Part shown: one piece after another, positions 35,671 through 49,437 of the stretch | How positions within the stretch are numbered: the stretch's first letter is position 1 | How the letters are laid out: each line of letters starts with the position of its first letter | Assembly (NCBI RefSeq): GCF_006345805.1 | Contig: NC_043006.1 | Location: forward strand, 69,564,001-69,628,000 | Origin: Octopus sinensis | Taxonomy: Eukaryota | Direction of reading: 5' to 3' | DNA: 64,000 nt | Made by a program: the position numbers and the translations under genes | The notes under the pieces: generated by a model | What the model was told of the DNA's origin: nothing | Databases searched by the model: none | Seen by the model: the letters and a program-made list of their open reading frames with translations, nothing else

Positions 35671-36167
35671 GGCGGCGAGCTGGCAGAAACGTTAGCACGC
35701 CGGGCGAAATGCGTAGCCGTATTTCGTCTGCCGCTACGTTCTGAGTTCAAATTCCGCCGAGGTCGACTTTGCCTTTCATCCTTTCGGGTTCGATTAAATA
35801 AGTACTAGTTACGCACTGGGGTCGATATAATCGGCTTAATCCGTTTGTCTGTCCTTGTTTGTCCTCTCTGTGTTTAGCCCTTTGTGGTTAGTAAAGAAAT
35901 AGGTATTTCGTCTGCCACTACGTTCTGAGTTCAAATTCCGCCGAGGTCGACTTTGCCTTTCATCCTTTCGGGTCGATTAAATAAGTATCAGTTACGCACT
36001 GGGGTCGATATAATCGACTTAATTCGTTTGTCTGTCCTTGTTTGTCCCCTCTGTGTATATCCCCTTGTGCGTAGTAAAGAAATAGGTATTTCGTCTGCCG
36101 CTACGTTCTGAGTTCAAATTCCGCCGAGGCCAAAATTTTGGGCCTTGTGCCTAGAGTAGAAAAGAAT
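35671..36167 (+). mobile_element. SINE family B with tandemly reiterated body
   Basis: One head, then body units starting at 35719, 35903 and 36086 (period 184 and 183). The last ends in the alternative tail. Confidence 0.9.
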
Positions 36168-37529
36168 ATATAGCAAAGGCTATAAATGCAGATGGGTTAA
36201 TGCGTATGCATGTGTGTAGGTTGGTATGTATCATATTTGCAGGAGATGTGAATCGGACTCTTGTCGCACCAGCATCTTTCGACTTTTCCTATGAAAAGAG
36301 TTTTAAAGCCCGATATTTAAGCGATTCCATTCATAGCTTTGTTTCCTTCGAAATATTTTGATTATACATTTATCAAAACCATTATAATATTTTTTACGTA
36401 AATTTTAATTATCTGATATTGTAAAAGGGTGGAAGAGCTCATGAGCAGTCAACGGACATCCAACAATGTGTACATGTGTATGTATGCATGTATGTATGCA
36501 CGGGGACATGGAAATGCCTGGGCTGGTGTCGAGGCGCCCACTAGGAGTGGGAGGCCCCTCTGTTGTTGTCATCACATCTCTCTAGGAGAGGGAAACTCTG
36601 AGAGGAAATCTGCTACACTGACAATATTCTATGATGTAGGCTAGTTCTTCTTTTCGGGCGTATGTTATCCATGTTCAGAGAGTGGGATTGGATTTGTGCA
36701 AATCCTTTCTTTACTATAAAAAAAAATCACCGTGCACAGGCATCGCTTGAAAATATATAAGACTTATCACAAAAATGGATGGTTGTGGCCTTCGCAAGTG
36801 TAGGACTTTCGTTCAGGCGATGGCAGTACACGAACACGAGTTTGCGGCCATCTATGTATGTATGTATGTATGTATATACGAATGAGTGAACAAACGAAAG
36901 AAAGAAGCAGTCAACACGTTTGGTAAGTGTATGTCTAAGTATTTAATAACGGTGTGATTCGTCTCCGTTCAACTATGTAGGCTCGTCACACGAACGTAGC
37001 TTCTCAGACTTATGTAACCGAATGCGTGAATATATATGTGTGTATGTATCTGTATGAGTGTGTGTGTGTGTGTGTATATTATATATATATATATATGCAT
37101 GTGCTTGTGTATGTGTGCACGCATAGCAGGAGAGACAAAAGAAAATAGAAAGTGATTGATTGATTTATACGTAAATCTAATTCACGTAGCGATAAAATAA
37201 AATTTTATAAACAGAAAAACAAAAACCTAATTCATCATGTTTATTACAATGTGATCGATATATCATAGTTATATGTTTAGGTTATGTAATTAACCCTTTA
37301 TTTTTTTTTTTTTTCGTTCTGAATTTCCTGAATCCCTTCCTATAAAAACCAATCTACTGTGTTCATGGCATCGATATTAAAGAGTAAACAGCCCTGCATT
37401 AGTCACTCGTAAATTGCTTACTTGCAGCCACTCATGAACGACATTTGCAGAAGACATCAACCGACTTGTGATGTCGTTGATGACAACTGGTGCATTGAAT
37501 GCAGTTTAACAAAGAGAATCTATATAGTG

Positions 37530-37846
37530 TTATATACATACAGATATTATACATATATATATATATACACACACACACATTAATATACATACACACATAT
37601 ATACATAAATAAATATACACATATATACATACACACACACATATGTATACACATACACTATATATACATAAACATATACACACACTATATCTATACATAC
37701 ACACACACATTATATATGTATATACATACACATTTATATATACGTACATACACACACACACACATATATATATATATACACACACACACATATATATATA
37801 TACACACATATATATATACACACAAATTATATATATATACACACAC

Positions 37847-37888
<42 letters not shown>

Positions 37889-37934
37889 AATTATATATAT
37901 ATATTATATATATATATATATATATACACACAAT

Positions 37935-37965
<31 letters not shown>

Positions 37966-37972
37966 CACAAAT

Positions 37973-38010
<38 letters not shown>

Positions 38011-38013
38011 AAT

Positions 38014-38062
<49 letters not shown>

Positions 38063-38103
38063 ATTTTTATATATATATAATATATATATATATACACACA
38101 CAA

Positions 38104-38136
<33 letters not shown>

Positions 38137-38139
38137 CAC

Positions 38140-38189
<50 letters not shown>

Positions 38190-38194
38190 AATTT

Positions 38195-38267
<73 letters not shown>

Positions 38268-38272
38268 AATTT

Positions 38273-38307
<35 letters not shown>

Positions 38308-38349
38308 AATTTTATATATATATATATTATATATATATACACACACACA

Positions 38350-38396
<47 letters not shown>

Positions 38397-38430
38397 AATT
38401 TTATATATATTATATATATATATACATGCT
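37530..38430. repeat. Compound minisatellite (TA)n-(CA)n-aatt(tt)
   Basis: Repeating atatatatacacacacacaaatttt units of variable (TA) length. Confidence 0.9.
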
Positions 38431-38653
38431 CACACACACGCGCATATATGTCTGTATTTATATGTGTCACACAGACACCACAATGATTGTCAGGCTTTCT
38501 TGACAGCACAATGATTGTGTCCCAGAAAGCATAAAATGAACGTGTCCACTTTCACAGTCACACAGGCGCGGGCACATACTTCTAGTCGTTCTACATCTGT
38601 ATATTTTTCAATTACTATTTTACATTTATACTCACCTACTCCTTCGTAAAATT

Positions 38654-38709
<56 letters not shown>

Positions 38710-38844
38710 CACACACACACACACAGCGACATACATGTACCCACAGAATTTACACACAGTGGCATACATGTACCCACAAACTTCACGCACACACACTCAA
38801 TATATATGCTTATACACTTGTATAATTATTCATATATATCATTC

Positions 38845-39155
38845 AGTGGAGGCGAAATGGCTCAGTGGTTAGGGCAGCAGACTCGCGGTTGTAAGATCGC
38901 GGTTTCGATTCCCAGTCCGGGCGTTGTGAGTGTTTATTGAGCGAAAACACCTAGAGCTCCACGACGCTCCGGCAGGGGTTGGTGGCGATGCCTGCTGTAC
39001 TCTTTCGCCACAACTTTCTCTCATTCTTTCCTCTGTTGGCCTGCTCGCTTAGCCAACGGGGTGGCGTCATTTGAGGCTAAAACAATACGAAGCGCATTGT
39101 GACCAGTGATGTGTAGCAACATTTGATAGCCTGGTCGGTCAAGGTGATCAGTGAT
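38845..39155 (+). mobile_element. SINE family C with alternative 3' tail
   Basis: agtggaggcgaaatggctcagtggttaggg head, tail ggggtggcgtcatttgaggctaaaacaat...gatgtgtagcaacat. Confidence 0.85.
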
Positions 39156-39209
39156 ATATCATTCATTCTCTAACTTCATCATCGCTATCGTTTTCGTTGT
39201 TACTAATAA

Positions 39210-39362
39210 AATCGTTAGCAGGGTAGACAAAATGCCTGGTGGCATTTCGTCCGTCTTTACGGTCTGAGTTCGAATTCCGCCGAGGTCGACTTTTCCTGTC
39301 AGCCTTTCGGGGTTGATAAAAAAAAAAGTACCAGGCAAGTACAGGGTCGATGTAAACGACTA
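39210..39362 (+). mobile_element. SINE family B, degenerate
   Basis: gagttcgaattccgccgaggtcgac...cctttcggggttgata. Confidence 0.7.
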
Positions 39363-39937
39363 GAATTAGTCACCAGCATTTCACTTTATACATATTTCCT
39401 ATTTCTCACTCTTTCTCTCTGCTCCCTCCACAAAACTTAAGGAATATTTCCTAATTCTGCCCTTATATATACATGTGTGTGTTGCAGGGGTCTATATCTC
39501 TCTTAACAGTCTTAACATTCCTAGCCAACAGGCATATGCTTGTATAACTTTTAAAACACACATACACACACATATATATATATATATATATAGTATCGAA
39601 TAGTGACAATGAGTACTCAGTGCCGTATGTTATGGATAAATATTCATTATTTTTGTATTATATTACCAATGGTTTCATGTGGAAATGATTTCTACGATCT
39701 CCATGAAATCTACGTAAGAATGCTGAAAATCGCCATTATTTTGGCTGGGTGCCTTCATATTGTGACGACTCCCATTCACAATGGAGGATTTTACCACCAT
39801 TCTTAAATGGGTTGCTTGAAGATTATGGAAACCCTTTCCATATGATCTCTTGGTAGCATTGTTAACTCATAAATAAAGTGTGTGCGTATTTTAAAGTGGT
39901 TTCAGTTTTAAAGCTGCGGTCATGCTGAGGCATATAT

Positions 39938-40328
39938 GGATGGAAGCACTCCGTCGGTTACGACGATGAGGGTTCCGGTTGATCCGAATCAGCGGAACAG
40001 CCTGCTCGTGAAATTAAAGTGTAAGTGGCTGAGCACTCCACAGACACGTGCACCCTTAACGTAGTTCTCGGGGATATTCAGCGTGACACAGAGTGTGACA
40101 AGGTCGGTCCCTTGAAATACAGGTACAACAGAAACAGGAAGTAAGAGTGAGAGAAAGTTGTGGTAAAAGAGTACAGCAGGGATCACCACCATCCCCTGTC
40201 GGAGCCTCGTGGAGCTTTTAGGTGTTTTCGCTCAATAAACACTCACAACGCCCGGTCTGGGAATCGAAACCGCAATCCTATGACCGCGAGTCCGCTTCCC
40301 TAACCACTGGGCCATTGCGCCTCCACTA
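39938..40328 (-). mobile_element. SINE family C, full length
   Basis: Complete head and tail, flanked by direct repeat aggcatatat. Confidence 0.9.
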
Positions 40329-41045
40329 AGGCATATATATACTTACACACACACACACACACACACACATACATATATACTTACACACACAAACATACAT
40401 AAGCACATATACATCATGAAATTTCAAAGGTTCTTCTCGAGGCCCATAAGCTCATAAGGCGGTTTTTCCCCCAAGTCTAAGGCGTATATATATCCACACA
40501 CGCGCTCGCCTGTATGTATATACGCATCTGTAATCAGAATACGAAATACGGTGTGTGTGTTTGTGCGTGTGTGTGTGTGTGTGTGTGTGTCTTGTGTGTG
40601 TGTGTCTGTGTGTGTGTGTGTGTGTGTGTGAGTGTGTGTGTATAGTGTGCACCATACGTAGCACCGTTAGTGACAACTGCAGAACCCTGAACAATACTCC
40701 ACCAACTACTGATGTTGCTGCACTATTTGTTATTGTCGTTGTTGTTATTCTCTCAGTTGCTGTGATGTTTGTTTCTGACAATGAGATTGTGTTAGTTCTT
40801 GTAACGGTCCATAAACATTAATAGTGAAGCAAACACGAAATGCTATAATTTATTCATATAAACACACGCAGGAATAGAAATCAAAGATATATTATTAAAA
40901 GCATTTCTACACTGAATATTAAATGCTGTGTGTGGGAGGAGTGGATAGTCTTTAGATCACATGATGAAGATAAACCAATCACGGTGCCGTGCACAGAAAT
41001 CTGTGGATCAAACACCAAAATTATCAGGAACCCTAATATGATGGA

Positions 41046-41215
41046 GGCGCAGGGGTGGCTGTGTGGTAAGAAGCTTGGTTCTCAGCCACATGATTCTGGA
41101 TTCAATCCCACTGCGTAGCACATTGGCCAAGAGTCTTCTACAATAGACTTGGGGGTCGACCGATGCCTTGTGAGCAGATTTGGTACACAGAAACTTAAAG
41201 AACCCCGTGAGTCTG
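41046..41215 (+). mobile_element. SINE family A, 5' half
   Basis: ggcgcaggggtggctgtgtggtaagaagc head. Confidence 0.8.
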
Positions 41216-41487
41216 TATACATACTTACACAATCACATACACGTGTATGTGTATGTGTATGTGTGTGTGTGTGTGTCGGTGTGTGTGTGTGTCTGCACCT
41301 TTGTACTTGAGTTTCTCTCTACCCAACGGTTTGAACCAAGTAAAAGGCATATATATATATATATATATACACATATGTATACATAGAAACACAAACACAT
41401 ATACATACATACATATTCATATGTTTATATACATATATGTATATAAAACTCTTGGACCAATAATCACTATATAACTTCTGCGTATTA

Positions 41488-42094
41488 CACTAATCCCTCA
41501 CTATATCGCAATTCACCTATCGCGGTTTATTATTTAAGCTTACGTTGATTCTTCTGTGGTGTTGTTTTGCATTTATAATAAAATACATATATACAAATAA
41601 GCCACAGGAGTGTCTGCGTGGTAAGTAGCTTGCTTACCAGCCACATGGTTCCGCGTTCAGTCTCACTGCGTAGCACCTTGGGCAAGAGTCTTCTATAGCC
41701 TCGGGCCGACCAAAGATTTGTGAATGGATTTGGTAGACGGAAACTGAAAGAAGCCCGTCGTATATGTGTGTGGGGGTGTATGTTTGTGCGTTTGTCCCCT
41801 CCACCAACGTTTGACAACCGATGTTGGTGTGTGCTCATGTCCTTGTAACCTAGCGGTTCGGCAGGAGATACCGATAGAATAAGTACTAGGCTTACAAAGA
41901 ATAAGTCCTGGGGTCAATTTGTTCGACTAAAGGCGGTGCTCTAGCATGGCCGCAGTCAAACGACTGAAACAAATTAAAGAATAAAAAGAATAAAAGAATA
42001 AATTATAAAAATAAAAAAATATATACAGTACATTACTGCTTCTAATTCGCAAGGGTATTGGAACTTAACACTCGCGATAGTCGAGAGGTTACTG
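41488..42094 (+). mobile_element. pogo/Tigger-like MITE split by a SINE A insertion
   Basis: 41488-41598 and 42001-42094 match the two halves of 55926-56153. Confidence 0.8.
41600..42000 (+). mobile_element. SINE family A, full length, inside MITE
   Basis: Complete head, core and (aaagaata)n tail. Confidence 0.9.
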
Positions 42095-42167
42095 AATATA
42101 TATATATTCAAGTTTATGAAAGCAAATACACGAAACTCTCGGCCCATAAGTCACTCTAGTTTCTGCG

Positions 42168-42201
<34 letters not shown>

Positions 42202-42399
42202 GTAGATTATACTCATGTTTTGAGTTCGATTTTATACGCATAAATGTTAGACGAAAACCGACAGTGACGGCATATGTTACTAACGCGTCAGCAATGTTCA
42301 TTTTTGTGGCTACATTGTAGCCATACACATATCTACATAGCAAACATACAGACACACACACACACACACACATATAATATTTATGCAAATAAATTCCAC

Positions 42400-42600
42400 G
42401 AAATAACCCCCATCTTTCAAGATGTTGCTTAAATACTTGATATTCAATAAAGTACTCAATATATACATATATATAGTGCTTAATTATCTCTCTTTGAATA
42501 TTGGACCTGCGACGGATTAAACCATTTGATGTTCCTCTTTGAACTCTTCCACTATTGCCCTGAGGTGATTTCAAAGACAAACTTGAAAAACTTGATTCGG
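42400..42600 (-). mobile_element. Decayed Penelope-like coding remnant
   Basis: Minus frame KRNIKWFNPSQ and nearby EIIKHY resemble the PLE motif RxIIWFNPP...LIDKHF. Confidence 0.35.
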
Positions 42601-42639
42601 TTGTAGGGCCAATATTCATAAATACAACATACGCGCGCG

Positions 42640-42698
<59 letters not shown>

Positions 42699-43366
42699 AT
42701 AGTTTGTGTGTGTGTAAGAGAGAGAGAGACAGAGAGAGAAAAAGAGAGAACGCAAAGTATGGTATAGATATCCACCGTGACACATGAGAAAATTCTAACA
42801 GATCAATAGAAACTTATGTTATTGCATACACCTACGACATCACGGTTCTTTATTAGGTGTGAAGGTGGTTACGGTATAAGTCCTGGTGCTCTCGAAACAA
42901 ATGTCACGATAAGACTATTACATAACTCTTCCCGTTGGTATTGTTTCTTTGTTCTATAATCTGCATTTCTGTATTTTATTGTCTATGTAAATATACTATT
43001 AAGCCTACTGGTGTTCATCTGCTGTACTGCTTATATATATAAGTCACAGGGCTGAACCATATAACAGAATAACGGAATATATCTTCATTCAAACTGGTAA
43101 AGTCTTATATAATAAAACTGAAACTAATAATGGTTGGTGAGTAGAAATACAAGGCCTTGTCTCCGACCAACAATGAATGTCTGTTGCAGTAAGAAATAAT
43201 ACCGAACGTCTTCCTACATTAACATTGAACTCCCATTTCAGAACCAAAGCTACCACGTCACTTGTCTACTTTATATATCATTCAAATGTCATAACGTTTT
43301 TTCTCTTCTCCTATGTGTGTGTGAGTGTGAGAGAGAGAGAGACAGAAAGAGAGAGAATGTAAGGCA

Positions 43367-43688
43367 AATCGACCCCAAGACTTATTTTTTGTAAGCCTAG
43401 TACTTATTCTATCGGTCTCTTTTGCCGAACCGCTAGGCTACGGGGTCGTAAAGACACCAGCATCAGTTGTCAAGCGATGCTGGGGGTACAAACATAGACA
43501 CACAAACACACACACACATATATATATATATGTCAGGTTACTTTTAGTTTCTGTCTACCAAATCCACTCGCAAGGCTTTGGTCGGCCCGAGGCTCTAGTA
43601 GAAGATACGTGCCCAAGGTGCCACGCAGTGGGACTGAACCCGGAACTATGTGGTTGGTAAGCAAGCTACTTACCACACAGCCACTCCA
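43367..43688 (-). mobile_element. SINE family A
   Basis: Reverse complement of the reference copy, tail truncated. Confidence 0.88.
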
Positions 43689-43693
43689 ACACC

Positions 43694-43735
<42 letters not shown>

Positions 43736-44429
43736 CTTCATTCGGTTACTTGTTTCAGTCATTTGACTGGACTGCGGCCATGCTGAAGCATCACGTGTGT
43801 GTGTGTATGAATATATATCATGTATATAATGAAAGAATAGGCGAGCATGCGTGTGTGTAAGTACAATGCAGTATATGTAGCTATCTATCAATCCATTTAT
43901 CTGTGTGTATGTGTGTGATAAACATAAATATATATATGAGGGAATGTGTTTCTGTGTATGTATTTCTATATGAATGCGCATGCGTGCTACGTATGTACTT
44001 AATATGTCTCTGTATGAATATACGTATGCATACATATATATATATAATTCTCTTGTGTCAACCATTAGGCCGACATTCAAACTGCCTGTCTTAACTGATT
44101 AAGTCGCAGTGCTGGGAGACCGCCATTTGCGTCTGATACAACAAGACAGCCTGACAATCGAAACCAAAAGCACCCTGTAGTATATGCATATATATGTGTG
44201 TGTGTGTGTATCTGTGTGTTTGAATATGTAGGTGCATCTGTGTGTGTCAGAATACATTCCCTTCCTTTGCTTGGCCTCTTCGCCTCCGCCCCCCTCGATG
44301 CCAATTATCCTTACCATCGACACCACCAACACAGTCACCTTTATGCTATTTCAGCATGACTCTTCACTTACCCTACTTTCCTTCTTCGGGATTCATAAGA
44401 TGCAATCGTACATACGCACATACATGCAT

Positions 44430-44476
<47 letters not shown>

Positions 44477-44499
44477 TCTCATACATATGTACACATACG

Positions 44500-45055
44500 T
44501 ACATACAAGCATAAATATTTATACGTACAGATATAACTCATATATTCACACATGTACATACACATACATACGCATACAAACATATCTATGCATGCACATA
44601 CATGTGTATACACATGTACTTGCACATACATACATATATATGCATAGACATACATACCTATACTAACATATACATACATATATATATATACACATACATA
44701 CCTATATATATACACATACATACCTATATATACACATATATACCTATATATACACATATATACCTATATATACACATATATACCTATATGTACACATAAT
44801 ACCTATATATACACATACATACCTATATGTACGCATACCTATATGTACACATACCTATATGTACACATACCTATACATACACATAAATACCTATATGTAC
44901 ACATACCTATACATACACATACATACTTATACATACATATACATACTTATACATACACATACATACTTATACATACACATACATACTTATACATACACAT
45001 ACATACCTATACATACACATATATACCTATACATACACATATATACATACGCATA
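44500..45055. repeat. 18-20 bp minisatellites (atacctatatatacacat; atacacatacatacttatac)
   Basis: Direct inspection. Confidence 0.85.
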
Positions 45056-45110
45056 GATATCTTATTTTATTCCTGTCCGTTTCCATTATCTCCACTGCAT
45101 TGTTGTCCAG

Positions 45111-45187
45111 TGAAAGTGGACACCTTATATATCCTGAACACAGATATTGTATTACATGCCTTAAATAAAAGAACGTTACGCCTCCAG
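45111..45187 (+). CDS. Candidate internal exon KVDTLYILNTDIVLHALNKRTLRLQ
   Basis: Pyrimidine tract plus CAG acceptor, CAG|GTATGG donor, one open frame across 77 nt. No homolog recognised. Confidence 0.25.
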
Positions 45188-45329
45188 GTATGGCCGACTT
45201 CATGGAACCTTACTATAACTACCAGTGGACTTTTCGCTGTTTCTCCTGTTCTATTTTACTTCAATTTTTCTCCTTCTCTTTTTTCTTCTTTCTGCTTAAT
45301 CTTCTTCCCCTTCCTAAAACCTGTAGATC

Positions 45330-45545
45330 TTATCCGCCATTTTGTTTCACTTCAGAATCACTTATATTTCCAGTCCAGCTTCTCTTCTCATCCCCACCAA
45401 CATCATCAACACCACCACCGCCGCCACTCCTTCGTGCATTACTCGTCTCCACACTCACCAGATTTCTGCCGTTCTTTGAATTGCGCATGCGTCTTTTCAA
45501 AAGACTAGTTCGTAGTGGATTTACATGACCGCCCAGATAAACCAA
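45330..45545 (-). promoter_or_regulatory. Promoter-like CpG-rich patch with short first exon and strong donor
   Basis: On the minus strand, in order: GC box gggcgg (about 45530), NRF1-like acgcatgcgca (45482-45492), donor CTG|GTGAGT (G at 45458), then YY1-like aaaatggcgg (about 45340). Confidence 0.5.
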
Positions 45546-46273
45546 CGAAACTGGAAGACTAACGAAATAAATAAAGTAAATAAGTAGATAAATGAACGAT
45601 TATCGAACTAATCCGAAGGGAATGGAATTTTAAGGAGGATGGATTATAAATGAAACGGCCATTACAGATAGAATAACGAACATAGAAAACAAGTTAAACT
45701 AACACAGTATCGAAATCATAGTAACATAATCACATGCGTACATACAGAGAAAATAAATATATATATATATTATATATATATATAATATATATATATATGC
45801 AGATAGAAAGGAAATGTGTATACAGTATAAGAGATCATGTGCATAGTGACATGTACTCTTACTAACACTCTTCTACTATAGTTCTCCCTCTTTCTCTCCT
45901 TCACGAACACTCCCACTGACAAAGAGGCAAAGAAAAATGAATGATAATATAAACATAGAAAAATAGCTTATATTGTATGAAAGGAAAGAAACATAGATGC
46001 ACACAGCTACACATCTATAAATACAAACTCACACAGACACTGAGAAAGAAAGGAGAGAGGTAGAGCGAGAATGAGAGAGAGCAATAGATAAGCGAGAGAA
46101 CATGCGATATATACATGCACTGAGATCAAGATACATAGTGTGAGAAACTCATATACACACATTCACTTGAGCTATCACACATATCTATATGTACTTTCAC
46201 CCAAATACGCACATATATACACATGCATTCACGCGTGTACACACGCATAATTGTAAACGAAAATACACTAAAG

Positions 46274-46317
<44 letters not shown>

Positions 46318-46724
46318 CATAAATGCAATGCAAACACAGTGTTATAGATGCATGCACACATACATCGATGAGCACATTTATGCAGACAAATACACAACAG
46401 CACATTCCATTCACCAAAGAATACTAAAATGTTCTGCACAAATATCTATGCAGAAGTCAGTATAAACATACAGCAAAGCCTAGCTATGTACGTGTATACA
46501 CATAAAATACACGTAAAAACATGCAACACGCGTAGACACTCATACACATACAGAAAGATATTTACACAGAGATACAAAATCGCACACATACATGTACACA
46601 CCTACATAAGATTTTACGCACATACACATGCCAACATACAAATTTACACTCATACACATGATTACATACTTATACATTTACACACACACACGCGTGTTAA
46701 CACACAAATATAGCCATAAGATGA

Positions 46725-46790
46725 AGAGCGGGAAGCAGCAACAAGATGGCGCCCATATATCGCTTTGCTAATCAAATCAGGAGTGAGGTG
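46725..46790 (+). promoter_or_regulatory. Candidate TSS/first exon (gcgggaagcagcaacaagATGGCG)
   Basis: YY1/Kozak-like CAAGATGGCG at 46742-46751, reading MAPIYRFANQIR, followed by donor-like GA|GTGAGG. Confidence 0.35.
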
Positions 46791-47799
46791 AAAGTAGAAG
46801 TGAAATATTGGCAACGAATTCTATTAGATTTGCGCAGCACTCCATTCCGTTCTTTGGTACACTCAAATAGTTTAGGAACGAAGATGTGTGATAAAACGAA
46901 CACAAGGAATAAATTAGAACTTGTGGTCAACGCACTTAGCGAAGACCTAGCTAACCATTATCTACTAACCTAGCAAGCAATGTATGTAACTGATCTATCT
47001 GCATAGAGAGAGAGGGAGGGAGAGACCTATGCAATACACATACGTGTGTGTTCTTTTTGTAGTAGCCATAGTAGTATATTATATGTATATATTTATGCAA
47101 TTACTTGTAGTAGTAGTAGTAGTTGTAGTAGTAGCAGCAGTAGTAGTAATAGTAGCAGCAGCAGTAGTAGTAATAGTAGTAGAAGCAGTAGTAGTAGTAG
47201 TAGTAGTAGTAGCAGTAGTAGTGTCGCAAGTCAAAATAAAGTGTGTGTGTGCGACTACAAACCTCAAGTGTTAAAATTTATTAACATATCACGTTCAAAC
47301 ACTCGAAACTTTCACACCTCGTCGCTAAAATCAGATGTTACACCTGAAGAGCGTTTCAAGCAAGAAACGTCACAGTCACAGTAATATAGCAACGACATTA
47401 TCATGTTTTTTGTTTTGCTGCCATCAAATATGTCTGCAGTATTAATCTCAAATGTTTTCTATTATCAACTGTTTCACGTTCGTTATTGTTTTCTGTATTC
47501 TGCTGTCAACTATTTTTGTTCTGTTATTTTTAACATATCAATTATACATTGCTATATGTACTTACAATCAATGATATGCCAGACTTACTCTGGGACTGAA
47601 TTACCATGCGTTTCACTGATGAGCTGTTAGAGATTCTGTAGTATGTATGTATGTGCGTTTGTCTGTTTATGAGTGTTCCGGTGTCTGCATATGAATATTC
47701 CAGTGTCTGTATGTACGTGTTCAAAGTGGAGATTGTAGATTAGCACGCATTTCACAATCGAGCGCTTTCTTTCATTTATACAACAATAACTGTGAGTGT

Positions 47800-48066
47800 G
47801 TGCGTGACTTAGTAGTTAGGGTATTTGGATTGCGGTTTTAAGGTCGTGCGTTCGATTCTCGGCGGCGCATTGTGTCCTTGCGCAAAAAAAACTTTATATC
47901 ACGTTACTTCAAGCCACGCAGCTATTACGAATGATGTGTACTTTCATTCATAGTGCCAGCCTTGCCTCATTCTATCTCACACTGAATCTCCTCGAGAACT
48001 ACGTTAGAGGTAATCGTGTTGACCGAATCAACTAAAACACTCATCATCGTAACCGACGGAGGGCCA
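47800..48066 (+). mobile_element. SINE family D, full length, diverged
   Basis: gcgtgacttagtagttaggg head, gttcgattc B-box, tgtgtccttgcgcaa CORE, tail gtaaccgacggag. Confidence 0.8.
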
Positions 48067-48496
48067 ATGTATAATTGACTAGAACAAACTATGTGCTCTG
48101 AGCTTAAAGAGTGCTTAGAGACTCGAGGCACGTTATGAAATCTGCCAAACCATGTGCCTCAAGAGCAAGAAACTATCAGTAGCTCATTTAAAAATACAGT
48201 GTACATTAAATCACACGCACACACACTCACACACACACATATATATAATTGGTTAATTGTTAATTTGTCAATTGGTTTCAAGTTAATTGGTTAATTTCTT
48301 AACATGAAACCAATTTAACGCATAAATACAGAAATTCTATCCACCAATGAGGTGTTGAGCACTCATTCATAATGTTCGACATTTACGTGTGTGTGTACAG
48401 AGAGAAAGAGAGAGCCAGACAGACAAACAAACAGACGGAAGCGAACTTGGGTTCATTTCCACTAATTAGCACCTTATAGCTAAGCCCTGACTACTA

Positions 48497-48780
48497 TAGC
48501 CCCGGGCTTTTGTAGAGAAAAGCTGGAAGACCGTCGTATATAATTGAAAATATATGTGTTTTGTGTGTCTTTGTGTTTGTCCACCGCACGACATCCGCTG
48601 CTGACGTGGTTACGTTACCAAAATTTTGCCGTTCGGTAACAGACACCGATAGACTAAGTACTAGGCTTAAAAATAAGCACGTAGTGGAGTGGGATGCAAT
48701 TTGCTCCACTGAAATACACCATGGCGGTGTGTCAGCATGACTGCAATCCAATGACTGAAGCAAGTTAAAGAATATGTGAG
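48497..48780 (+). mobile_element. SINE family A, 3' part, diverged
   Basis: ctactatagccc...gatagactaagtactaggctt...aatgactgaagcaag. Confidence 0.7.
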
Positions 48781-49132
48781 TATATGTGTGGGCACACACA
48801 GCATTATTCAGAATTTCCTATTCCTCTCCTTGGATATACCTTAGGCAGGGATGGTGAAGAATCCCAGAAAGGATTCCACTCTTTATGTACTTTGTTCGAC
48901 ACATTGTTGACTGGTGGTATTCCCTGTAATTAAAATTAGTTTAGTCTGGTTGAATAACAAAATCTTACTGAGACATTATTTCATTACACCGTTCGAGGGA
49001 TATACATATCAGTGAACTAGAGTATATATTAAACAATAATAAGTTGGCAATGTTTTGGTATTCCAAGTCGTATTTGTTATATATAAGAAGCGCTAATTCT
49101 CAACTGGAAAAAAAAGCATATATATATATATC

Positions 49133-49402
49133 ATGTGATCACGTGACCGACAGAGGCTAACAGATGTTGCTACACATCGCTGGTCACAATGCGCTTCGCA
49201 TTGTTTTAGCCTTCAAATGACGCCACCCCGCTAAGTAAGAGTGAGAGAAAGTTGTGGCGATAGAGTACAGCAAGGATCGCCACCAACATCTGCCGGAGCC
49301 TCGTGGAGCTTCGTGGAGCTTCTTTTTTTTTTTAAACACTCATAATACCCGATCTGGGAATCGAAACCGCGATCCTACAACCGCGAATCCGCTGCTCTAA
49401 CT
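49133..49402 (-). mobile_element. SINE family C with alternative tail
   Basis: Reverse complement of the 38845-39155 variant. Confidence 0.85.
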
Positions 49403-49406
49403 ATAT

Positions 49407-49437
<31 letters not shown>

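Noticed and set aside
38845-38920. tRNA-like sequences at SINE heads as tRNA genes
   Set aside because: A and B boxes are present, but there is no acceptor-stem closure and each continues into a SINE body.
40940-41040. ATGATGA as a C/D snoRNA box C
   Set aside because: No box D (CTGA) at a suitable distance and no terminal stem.
43040-43137. Possible + exon ending at TTG|GTGAGT (ITEYIFIQTGKVLYNKTETNNG); similar single-sided candidates at 2330-2415 (-) and 28833 (+)
   Set aside because: Only one convincing splice site each and no recognisable homology.
45160-45196. RTLRLQVW as a C2-domain strand
   Set aside because: Only a short motif. The VW comes from the donor sequence, and upstream residues do not fit a C2 domain.
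45320-46770. MADKIYRF (minus, about 45340) and MAPIYRF (plus, 46746) similarity
   Set aside because: Four shared residues with different codons, and the minus ORF stops at once and lies downstream of a donor. Treated as coincidence.
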